Of a stretch of DNA of 39,245 nt, positions 9,782 through 16,936 are shown one piece after another. Source of the DNA: a virus. Its lineage: Duplodnaviria > Caudoviricetes. Positions within the stretch are counted from its first letter, which is position 1, and each line of letters opens with the position of its first letter. Location: the IMG/VR virus record IMGVR_UViG_3300020045_006226, positions 1 to 39,245 of that record; one strand, 5' to 3'. The position numbers were made by a program, and so were the translations under genes. A model generated the notes under the pieces. It was not told where the DNA came from. It ran no database searches and saw only the letters and a list, made by a program, of their open reading frames with translations.

Positions 9782-10330
9782 ATGAAAATAATAATTAAAA
9801 TATTGCTGATAGCTTTGTTTTTTTCTTTAATCGCATTAGGGTTGATTTCATGCGGAGCAAGAAAAGTAAATAAATCATCCGATAAGCAAAAAATTAAGTC
9901 CGAGGTAGTAGATAAGTCGGTTATTGAAAAAGAATCGAATACGAACGTTAAAACAACTACTGAGGTAAAAACAGACGACAAAAACGAAACTGTTACCGAA
10001 GAAACTATTTACGAGCCGGCAGACAACAATAAAGAATCTTTCGTAATAGAAAAAGACGGCACAAAGGTAATATTAAACAATGCAAAAAAGATTGTACGAA
10101 ATACTACACAAAAAAATAATACTCAAAACTCAGTTAATTCCAAAACGGAAACAACTGAAAATAAATACGAGAAAGAAAACAAAAATATTTCCCTTATTGA
10201 TGAGGTAAACAATTCTATATCTAAAAAAGAAGTGCGTAAAGAGCAGTTCAATTGGTTGTCGTTGTGGTGGCTTTATTTGATAATTATAGGCTCAGGATAT
10301 TTTTTATTAAAAAGGTATAAAATAATTTAG
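9782..10330 (+). CDS. Unimolecular spanin candidate
   Basis: Lipoprotein signal with lipobox LISC, polar middle region, C-terminal TM helix; follows the endolysin. Confidence 0.75.
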   Translation: MKIIIKILLIALFFSLIALGLISCGARKVNKSSDKQKIKSEVVDKSVIEKESNTNVKTTTEVKTDDKNETVTEETIYEPADNNKESFVIEKDGTKVILNNAKKIVRNTTQKNNTQNSVNSKTETTENKYEKENKNISLIDEVNNSISKKEVRKEQFNWLSLWWLYLIIIGSGYFLLKRYKII

Positions 10331-10430
10331 TATATTTGTCAATGCATGCTCTCAGGGTAATTTTTTCATAATCTTATTATTTTTTTGGTGGTTAGACTAA
10401 AAGCGGTTCAGAAATGGATCGCTTTTTTTT
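10331..10430 (+). ncRNA. Candidate small RNA unit (TATATTTG promoter, ~85 nt transcript, terminator)
   Basis: Promoter element 10331-10338 and terminator 10399-10430 with no credible + strand ORF between them. Confidence 0.45.
10399..10430 (+). terminator. Intrinsic terminator
   Basis: AAGCGGTTCA-GAAA-TGGATCGCTT followed by a T run. Confidence 0.85.
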
Positions 10431-10461
10431 GTTAAATATATGTTAAAATAAATAAACGGTG

Positions 10462-10491
10462 TTGTTTATCAAAAAAGGTGTCGTATATTTG
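10462..10491 (+). promoter_or_regulatory. Early promoter TTG-N19-TATATTTG
   Basis: -33/-7 consensus; TTGTTTATC at -33; upstream TGTTAAA. Confidence 0.8.
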
Positions 10492-10521
10492 TCAAAGAAA
10501 TAACAATAAAAAACAAATAAT

Positions 10522-10728
10522 ATGGAAACAATATTACTAGAAGCTCCAAAAGGATTGAGAACAATTTTAAGCGATTTGTTAAAGCCTATATCTACAAAAA
10601 CAACAGAAGGTTCTAATAAATACAGATTAGTATTTGAGTTTATAGGAACTGTTGATAAACCTTTAGATAAAATTCATACTCTAGACGCTTCATTATTCGA
10701 ACACATAACAATTTTAGAAAAATACTAA
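10522..10728 (+). CDS. Hypothetical protein
   Basis: 68 aa ORF, first gene after the promoter. Confidence 0.7.
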   Translation: METILLEAPKGLRTILSDLLKPISTKTTEGSNKYRLVFEFIGTVDKPLDKIHTLDASLFEHITILEKY

Positions 10729-10853
10729 TGGGAAGAAAAAAACTAACAAACGAACGCTTTCAAGTTCGTTGCCATCCTAAAGTTATTAAAGACGTTAGGA
10801 AGTACGCAAAAGAGAAAAGCGAGGAATTTATTAACAATCAAAAAACAAAGTGA
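10728..10853 (+). CDS. 41 aa basic putative DNA-binding peptide (RHH-like); not in the ORF track
   Basis: MGRKKLTNERFQVRCHPKVIKDVRKYAKEKSEEFINNQKTK; TAATG coupling; paralog at 14977. Confidence 0.7.
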   Translation: MGRKKLTNERFQVRCHPKVIKDVRKYAKEKSEEFINNQKTK

Positions 10854-10857
10854 TATT

Positions 10858-11121
10858 ATGAAAAAATACAGAACAGGAAGGTGGAATATTTTAATTGAAG
10901 AAATCGAAATGATTAGGGAATCAGAATCTAATATTTGGTTTAAGGATTCGAAAGGAAATGAGGACAGATGTTTAAAAAAGTCTGGAAGTTATCAGGTTTG
11001 GGATTCTTTTCAGGAGGCTAAAGATTATTTAGTAGGTGTAGAAAATAAGGCTATTGAACAATACAGAGGTTATATTGAAAGATGTAATGAAAGAATAAGA
11101 AATGTAAATTCTTTGTCATAA
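10858..11121 (+). CDS. Hypothetical protein
   Basis: 87 aa ORF, coupled. Confidence 0.7.
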   Translation: MKKYRTGRWNILIEEIEMIRESESNIWFKDSKGNEDRCLKKSGSYQVWDSFQEAKDYLVGVENKAIEQYRGYIERCNERIRNVNSLS

Positions 11122-11345
11122 TGAAAAACTTTGCAGTAATAACCAACAGCCAACGGGATTTCAATGTTTTTAAATTAGAAAACCAATATTCCGGAAATGA
11201 TCACAACTTCATCCAAGTACAAACTATTCAAGATGTATACAAGAACCAATTCAACGACTACGTGAATAAAAGTAATTCCGTAAAAATGCCGAATGTTAAT
11301 GCGATTATTAAGGCTGTGGAACAAAATATTAATCAGTTAAATTAA
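11121..11345 (+). CDS. Hypothetical protein
   Basis: 74 aa ORF, TAATG coupling. Confidence 0.7.
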   Translation: MKNFAVITNSQRDFNVFKLENQYSGNDHNFIQVQTIQDVYKNQFNDYVNKSNSVKMPNVNAIIKAVEQNINQLN

Positions 11346-11350
11346 AGTAT

Positions 11351-11632
11351 ATGAAATTAAATCACACAGATAATGGAAACGGACAAATGGCAATTATTGA
11401 CGAAAATTTAAGATGTGTTGCTTTTATTCCAAAATTATACCCTGAATCAGACAAGTACATTAAATTATTCGAAAATGCTCCTGAAATGTTGGATATGGTT
11501 TTAGAATTTTTAGAATCTATAAAAAACGAAGACATCATTATAAAAGATAATACAGATAATGATGGATTTGAAGCAAGAGGGTTTTATTTTTATAACAAAT
11601 TTAATTCATTAATAAAAAAATCAACCGAATGA
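11351..11632 (+). CDS. Hypothetical phage protein (APELL-type motif family)
   Basis: KLFENAPEMLDMV resembles KLISYAPELLEMV in the interrupted gene at 15724. Confidence 0.65.
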   Translation: MKLNHTDNGNGQMAIIDENLRCVAFIPKLYPESDKYIKLFENAPEMLDMVLEFLESIKNEDIIIKDNTDNDGFEARGFYFYNKFNSLIKKSTE

Positions 11633-11847
11633 ATCCCGAAATATTCATGCACTGTAAAACGCAAATCCGAAAGAAATCAAAGCGAGTGTACAGAAAGTCG
11701 TTGAAAGCGATTGCGGTATCAAAGCGTGGCGTTATTGCATCGACAAACACCACGATTCACTACGCAAAAGAAATACGGTTACAGGCGAAGGTATTTTCGT
11801 TCAGAGACCACGACCGATTTAGAAAACCAACAAATTACGATTATTAA
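11629..11847 (+). CDS. Basic hypothetical protein
   Basis: 72 aa K/R-rich ORF with ATGA overlap. Confidence 0.55.
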   Translation: MNPEIFMHCKTQIRKKSKRVYRKSLKAIAVSKRGVIASTNTTIHYAKEIRLQAKVFSFRDHDRFRKPTNYDY

Positions 11848-11864
11848 AAACTAAAAATAATATT

Positions 11865-12494
11865 ATGAGTAGCAATCTACCAAAGATTCAGGAATTATAT
11901 TCCGACAAATTAACCACTCAGAAAAACGATGCTTTTGTCGCTTTAATGAATCAACAACCAAAACAAGCATGGATAAAAGTTCATCCTATAATTAAAAACT
12001 ACAAATACTTACCTATTGAGCGTGTAGAGTTCCTTTTAAAAACTATATTCAAAAGATACAGAATTGAAATAACAGGGCAAGGGACTTCTTTTAATGGTGT
12101 TTGGGTTACGGTTCGTGTTCATTATCTGCATCCATTAACAGGAGATTGGGATTTTCACGATGGTATCGGAGCAAGTCAATTACAAACCGCTAAAGGCACT
12201 TCTGCATCCGATTTAATAAACATCAATAATGGGGCTATTTCAATGGCTTTTCCAATGGCAAAAACAATCGCCATAAAAGATGCTTGCGACCATTTCGGAA
12301 ACTTGTTTGGAGCTGATTTAAACCGTAAAGATGTGATCACTTATGATGTTGACTTAACATTACAGGATTTAACACCAACGCACCCTAATTGGTTCAAAGC
12401 AAAAGAATCACTTAAAAATGGAATAGTAACAATAGATCAAATTAAAAAATCATACACAATAAGCCCGGAAGATGAAATCAATATTCAAAAGTAG
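11865..12494 (+). CDS. Single-strand annealing protein (Rad52/Sak-like) candidate
   Basis: YKYLPIERV...VTVRV...DGIGA...AKTIAIKDACDHFG pattern; paired with exonuclease and SSB-like genes. Confidence 0.6.
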   Translation: MSSNLPKIQELYSDKLTTQKNDAFVALMNQQPKQAWIKVHPIIKNYKYLPIERVEFLLKTIFKRYRIEITGQGTSFNGVWVTVRVHYLHPLTGDWDFHDGIGASQLQTAKGTSASDLININNGAISMAFPMAKTIAIKDACDHFGNLFGADLNRKDVITYDVDLTLQDLTPTHPNWFKAKESLKNGIVTIDQIKKSYTISPEDEINIQK

Positions 12495-13242
12495 AGCTTC
12501 GGGGAGTGGTTCAATAATGACTAACCCACAAGGCAAAAGTATTAGTGAAAAAATTAGTGATTTACACGAAAGCATTAAAAGTGCTGAACTTAGAATTTCA
12601 GAAGCAAAAAACAAAGAAGCAAAAACTTTTGTAGAATTGCGTGATGTAAAAATACCTGCTTATAAAAAAGATATTGAACATTTAACGCCATTGCTTCATT
12701 TACCGAATTTATCAGGCACAACAAAAACTTTTGTTTATGATTGGCTAAAAGAGCACATTTACGGTGTTAAAAAAATAATCAAGACAAAATATACGGACAA
12801 GGGAATAACTTACGAAAATACGGCAATTGATAAAGCTATAGAGTGGCTAGATTTGCAGTTCGTCTTAAAAAATGAAAGTTTCTTTGAAGATGATTATTTT
12901 ACAGGGACACCCGATTTAATTACTGAAGATAGGATTTACGATATTAAATGTTCGTGGGATTGCTTTACGTTTCCATTATTTGAAACCGAAATACCTACAG
13001 ATGATTATTTTTATCAGTTACAGGTTTACATGCATTTAACAGGAAAGAAAAAAGCAACGCTTGTTTATGTTCTTTTAAATACTCCTGAAGAAATGCATTG
13101 GGAACCGCAACATAATTACGATTCGTTAGATAAAAAATACAGAATCAAAACTTTTGATATTGTTTACGATGCATCGGTTATTGAGGATTTACAAAACAGA
13201 GTAATTAAAATTAGAGAATTTATACAAACACTTAAATATTAA
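12472..13242 (+). CDS. YqaJ/lambda-exonuclease-like PD-(D/E)XK nuclease
   Basis: RAS, GITYE, GTPDL, DIKCSW and YQLQVYM motifs. Confidence 0.85.
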   Translation: MKSIFKSRASGSGSIMTNPQGKSISEKISDLHESIKSAELRISEAKNKEAKTFVELRDVKIPAYKKDIEHLTPLLHLPNLSGTTKTFVYDWLKEHIYGVKKIIKTKYTDKGITYENTAIDKAIEWLDLQFVLKNESFFEDDYFTGTPDLITEDRIYDIKCSWDCFTFPLFETEIPTDDYFYQLQVYMHLTGKKKATLVYVLLNTPEEMHWEPQHNYDSLDKKYRIKTFDIVYDASVIEDLQNRVIKIREFIQTLKY

Positions 13243-13245
13243 ATT

Positions 13246-13557
13246 ATGGGATCATTATCGACTATTTACATAAAAAGAGAGACGTTAAAAACTCTTTTAG
13301 ATGTAGTGAGTAAAAAAGACGAAAAAGGAATCGAAATAACGATTTCAACTAACGACGATTCAAACCAATTCGGGCAAAATGTATCTTCTTATGTTTCTCA
13401 AACTAAGGAGCAACGAGAAGCTAAAAAAGATAAATTTTATGTTGGAAACGGAAAAGTGTTTTGGACTGATGGTAAAGTTTCTGTAGGTGTTAAAAAAGAA
13501 GAAACGCACCAGGCAACACCAATAACGGAAGATGAACCAGATGATCTTCCCTTCTGA
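13246..13557 (+). CDS. Putative ssDNA-binding protein
   Basis: Acidic tail DEPDDLPF; follows the SSAP and exonuclease genes. Confidence 0.6.
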   Translation: MGSLSTIYIKRETLKTLLDVVSKKDEKGIEITISTNDDSNQFGQNVSSYVSQTKEQREAKKDKFYVGNGKVFWTDGKVSVGVKKEETHQATPITEDEPDDLPF

Positions 13558-13614
13558 TGCGTACCACCAAACCAAACAACATCGAAGTAATAGAACCTGA
13601 AATAGTAGAGGCAG

Positions 13615-13842
13615 ATGGAAAGATATAGCGGACAGCAACTGCAAAAGATACTTAATATAAGCAAACCGACTGTAAAGTTTAGAGCTGATAAATTAGGTAT
13701 TAAAAAACACGGTTTTCAATGGAGATTTACAGAATCAGAAGTTGAAAGAATGAGGAATTATAAATACATTAGATCGCCTCATTTTTACTTTTCTGAAAAC
13801 GGAGAATTTTTAATAATAGAATCTAAATTAAATAATCAATAA
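13615..13842 (+). CDS. HTH (excisionase/MerR-like) DNA-binding protein
   Basis: YSGQQLQKILNISKPTV...WRFTESEV pattern. Confidence 0.65.
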   Translation: MERYSGQQLQKILNISKPTVKFRADKLGIKKHGFQWRFTESEVERMRNYKYIRSPHFYFSENGEFLIIESKLNNQ

Positions 13843-13854
13843 ACAAAAATAATT

Positions 13855-13950
13855 ATGAAAAGAAAAGACGCAATAGACAGCTATGAGTGCGAAGAAACAT
13901 GCAATCAACACCCTGATACATGTTCAAATCCTAATTGCACAATACATTAA
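13855..13950 (+). CDS. 31 aa Cys/His-rich microprotein; not in the ORF track
   Basis: MKRKDAIDSYECEETCNQHPDTCSNPNCTIH; ATTATG context; ends just before a terminator. Confidence 0.5.
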   Translation: MKRKDAIDSYECEETCNQHPDTCSNPNCTIH

Positions 13951-13956
13951 ATATTC

Positions 13957-13984
13957 AAAAAGCCGATTCACTTCGGCTTTTTTT
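13957..13984 (+). terminator. Intrinsic terminator, possibly bidirectional
   Basis: AAAAAGCCGA-TTCACT-TCGGCTTTTTTT. Confidence 0.85.
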
Positions 13985-14021
13985 AGTAATATGCGGAAAT
14001 GTTAAAGTTTGAAATATAATA

Positions 14022-14051
14022 TTGTATATCTAAAAAGTATTTGTATATTTG
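14022..14051 (+). promoter_or_regulatory. Early promoter TTG-N19-TATATTTG
   Basis: -33/-7 consensus with TTGTATATC; upstream TGTTAAA. Confidence 0.8.
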
Positions 14052-14080
14052 TTCTCAGATAACAGTAAATAAATAAAATT

Positions 14081-14740
14081 ATGGAAACCAAAACTAACAC
14101 TTACGCAAAATACACAGCTAATGTATTTGTTGCAAATTGCCCAGATCAACACGAAAAAGGCGAAACAATTATTTTAACTACTAAATACGGGAAAGAACAC
14201 GAATGTATTGTGTTTAATTTAGTAGCAAGAGGCAAACAAGGCGAATTTTATTATTCTGTTGTTCGTGCTGATGGATTTAATTATCAGGAGTTTTGCAAAC
14301 AAAAAGCTGAGCGTTATAATAAATGGGCAGTTTCGGCAGAAAATAAATCAACTGCTTATTATGAGGCTTCACATGAAGGACGTGATTTTTTAGCATTAGC
14401 AGAGCCTATAAAAGTAGGGCACCATTCAGAAAAAAGACACCGTGCATTAATTGAGCGTAATTGGAACAGAATGGGTAAATCTGTTGAAATGACTAAAGTA
14501 GCTGAACAGCACGAAAGCAAAGCAGAATACTGGGAACGAAAAGCAAATAATATTAATTTATCAATGCCGGAAAGCATCGAGTTTTACGAGTACAAATATG
14601 AAGAGGCTAAAATGAAACACGAATACTACAAGCAAAATCCTGATAAAAGAGAACATTCATTTTCTTTAACCTACGCTAAAAAAGACGTAAACAATGCAGA
14701 AAAGAATTTAGAAACAGCAAAAAAACTTTGGGGAGAATAA
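14081..14740 (+). CDS. DUF3560-domain protein
   Basis: EPIKVGHHSEKRHR signature. Confidence 0.8.
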   Translation: METKTNTYAKYTANVFVANCPDQHEKGETIILTTKYGKEHECIVFNLVARGKQGEFYYSVVRADGFNYQEFCKQKAERYNKWAVSAENKSTAYYEASHEGRDFLALAEPIKVGHHSEKRHRALIERNWNRMGKSVEMTKVAEQHESKAEYWERKANNINLSMPESIEFYEYKYEEAKMKHEYYKQNPDKREHSFSLTYAKKDVNNAEKNLETAKKLWGE

Positions 14741-14783
14741 TTAATAAATAATCCTGAGCAAGATTTAAAAAGGCTTTTTTATT

Positions 14784-14990
14784 ATGAGAACAGAAGATTA
14801 TAAAATGTTATTCGAAAAAGGGCACATGCACCCGTTATGGATGGAATTATTGAACGAATCGGGTTGGGCGGGATGTTTGCCAAATGGTAATATTGTTGAT
14901 AGACGCTATTTTCCTGAAGCATTACCGATACAAGAAAATTCAATGTTTGTAATTGCAAAACCTAAAGACTTGCCAAATGAAAGAAAGTAA
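14784..14990 (+). CDS. Hypothetical protein
   Basis: 68 aa ORF. Confidence 0.65.
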   Translation: MRTEDYKMLFEKGHMHPLWMELLNESGWAGCLPNGNIVDRRYFPEALPIQENSMFVIAKPKDLPNERK

Positions 14991-15123
14991 AAGAGGCGGT
15001 AAAAGACCAGGAGCCGGACGCCCAAAAAACGAAAATAAAGGATATTTTATACAATGCCACCCCACGAAAATAAAGGAGGTTCGAGAATTCGCAAAAAATA
15101 TTTCTAAAATAATTGAAAAATAA
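14977..15123 (+). CDS. 48 aa putative DNA-binding peptide (RGGxRxGAGRP arm plus RHH-like part); not in the ORF track
   Basis: MKESKRGGKRPGAGRPKNENKGYFIQCHPTKIKEVREFAKNISKIIEK; paralog of 10728. Confidence 0.7.
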   Translation: MKESKRGGKRPGAGRPKNENKGYFIQCHPTKIKEVREFAKNISKIIEK

Positions 15124-15125
15124 TA

Positions 15126-15155
15126 TTGTTTATCTAATTATTAGTTATATCTTTG
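15126..15155 (+). promoter_or_regulatory. Early promoter TTG-N19-TATCTTTG
   Basis: -33/-7 consensus with TTGTTTATC. Confidence 0.8.
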
Positions 15156-15176
15156 ACAAACAAAAACAAAGAAACC

Positions 15177-15458
15177 ATGTACAACAAATCAATAATTTTC
15201 CGTTCAGCCCACGCAATATTCAAAATGCAAAACGTAACTTTTTCTGAGGCTTTGATAGAAGCGTGGAAAGCGATTAAGAACGGTGTAAAAGTTTACATTA
15301 GAGAAACTTACAAAAAGGTTAAATTATTGTCTTTTACCAAAAACGGATTGCATTCTGATAAATTAGAAAACGTGATTTATGCAGGAAAACCGGTTCATAT
15401 AAAATATAATCCTGCTATTGAAAAGTATTACGGTTGCGGAATGTACAACAACGATTAA
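15177..15458 (+). CDS. Hypothetical protein (TFSEALIEAWK motif)
   Basis: ATG 15177 lies downstream of the promoter; the track's TTG 15153 is inside the -7 element. Confidence 0.7.
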   Translation: MYNKSIIFRSAHAIFKMQNVTFSEALIEAWKAIKNGVKVYIRETYKKVKLLSFTKNGLHSDKLENVIYAGKPVHIKYNPAIEKYYGCGMYNND

Positions 15459-15481
15459 TTAACCACTTAAAAATAAATATT

Positions 15482-15688
15482 ATGAAAGAACAGAAAAAAT
15501 ACCACCAGAGAAAATTAGCAATTATTGAAATGATTGAGGAAGTGGATCGTAGAATATCTAACGAAAAAGCCTTTATGGATAAATTAGGAGGATGGAGAGT
15601 TGCAGGAGTAGCAATGAATAATTCTCTAAACAACATACGTAGATTAAATAAAATCGGTGCGTACTTATCTATACGCTACCACAAGTAA
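15482..15688 (+). CDS. Hypothetical protein
   Basis: ATTATG start at 15482. Confidence 0.65.
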   Translation: MKEQKKYHQRKLAIIEMIEEVDRRISNEKAFMDKLGGWRVAGVAMNNSLNNIRRLNKIGAYLSIRYHK

Positions 15689-15723
15689 AACCAACAGATA
15701 AAAAAATCACTAAAAATAGAATT

Positions 15724-16032
15724 ATGAGCGAATTTAAAGGAACGACATGAGAATGGGATATTTATGTAGATAACGACAGTTTTTGCGTTAAAAATGAAAA
15801 ATTAGAAGCTGTATGTATAATAAGTTCTAAAGCTATAGATAACGAAGAAAGCGCAAATGCGAAACTTATTTCATATGCACCAGAGCTTTTAGAAATGGTT
15901 AAAAAATTGCAATTTGAATTAATAGAGAAAGAAAAAGAACAATTAATCAATTTCGGCCTTAAAGTACAAGGAGAGGCAGGAGTTGAAGCTTATCAAAAAG
16001 TACTTAAAATTTACAATGAAACTTATTCGTAA
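15724..16032 (+). pseudogene. Phage gene interrupted by TGA at codon 9
   Basis: MSEFKGTT*EWDI...ANAKLISYAPELLEMV...; frame otherwise open for 102 codons. Confidence 0.7.
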
Positions 16033-16063
16033 CCCAACACAAAAACTAACTTAAATTAAAATT

Positions 16064-16315
16064 ATGAAAACAGCGATACAGACAGCCTGCAACGATATTA
16101 TAGATGAATTAATTGACACAATTGAATTGGCTCATTTAACAAAAATAATATCGATAATGCATAAACATTTAGAAACCGAAGAACAGCATATTATTAATTC
16201 ATGGGAAAACGGATATCAACACGGATCAGGAGTGAATATTGATAAAGATAAGTATCACGGAGTTCAATACTACACCTCAACATTCAGCACAACAAACAAA
16301 GAAACTTTAAAATAA
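16064..16315 (+). CDS. Hypothetical protein
   Basis: 83 aa ORF. Confidence 0.7.
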   Translation: MKTAIQTACNDIIDELIDTIELAHLTKIISIMHKHLETEEQHIINSWENGYQHGSGVNIDKDKYHGVQYYTSTFSTTNKETLK

Positions 16316-16321
16316 ATTGGG

Positions 16322-16552
16322 ATGATTACAAAAGACGAAATATTAGAAGAAATTAAAGAATGGCTTTCTGATAAAAAACAAGAGGTTGAAGATTACTCAA
16401 ATGAAGAAGCAATGCAATGGCAGGAAGATGCCGAACAACCTGAAAGCGAATTTTACGAAATAGCCAAAACGGAATATTATAAAGTATTAAAACGCAAAGG
16501 AGATTGCGATGCCTTAATTGAAACACTGGAAGAATTTTTGCACAAACAATAA
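16322..16552 (+). CDS. Acidic hypothetical protein
   Basis: 76 aa E/D-rich ORF. Confidence 0.7.
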   Translation: MITKDEILEEIKEWLSDKKQEVEDYSNEEAMQWQEDAEQPESEFYEIAKTEYYKVLKRKGDCDALIETLEEFLHKQ

Positions 16553-16590
16553 CCAACCCACTAACGCCAATAGGCATAAAATTTAGGATT

Positions 16591-16809
16591 ATGAAAGAAG
16601 CTCAAATAAAAGCAAGAGAAATTGTAATTAAAATGCAATTTCAAAAAGAACCGATAATGTTTGAACAAGCAAAACATTGCACAAAGGTAGCAATAGAGAT
16701 GATAATGAATAATAACGCTAATTTATTAGGTGGCATTGAATATCATCAAGAATTAAATGTATGGGAAGAAATTAAGGACGAAATTGACATGATGCAGGAG
16801 GGGAAATAA
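16591..16809 (+). CDS. Hypothetical protein
   Basis: 72 aa ORF. Confidence 0.7.
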   Translation: MKEAQIKAREIVIKMQFQKEPIMFEQAKHCTKVAIEMIMNNNANLLGGIEYHQELNVWEEIKDEIDMMQEGK

Positions 16810-16837
16810 TTAAGGCTAGTGAAAATTAGGCTGATAA

Positions 16838-16924
16838 ACTCGATCCACTACTCGAGTGAAGATATTTAGACAACGTCTAATCGATAACCGTTTTATGAGT
16901 GTAGTGGCTTGTAGAACGGTTTTT
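16838..16924 (+). promoter_or_regulatory. Structured leader/attenuator 2, upstream of the helicase
   Basis: Hairpin ACTCGA-TCCACTAC-TCGAGT; terminator stem 16886-16899/16908-16921 with loop TGTAGTGG complementary to CCACTAC. Confidence 0.75.
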
Positions 16925-16936
16925 CATTTATACACT

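Noticed and set aside
11629-11847. Relatively GC-rich stretch as a structured ncRNA
   Set aside because: Only short hairpins are visible, and a coupled ORF explains the region
16856-16936. 27 aa N-terminal extension of the helicase
   Set aside because: It overlaps the structured leader, and MQLRYYQ at 16937 is the typical SF2 start
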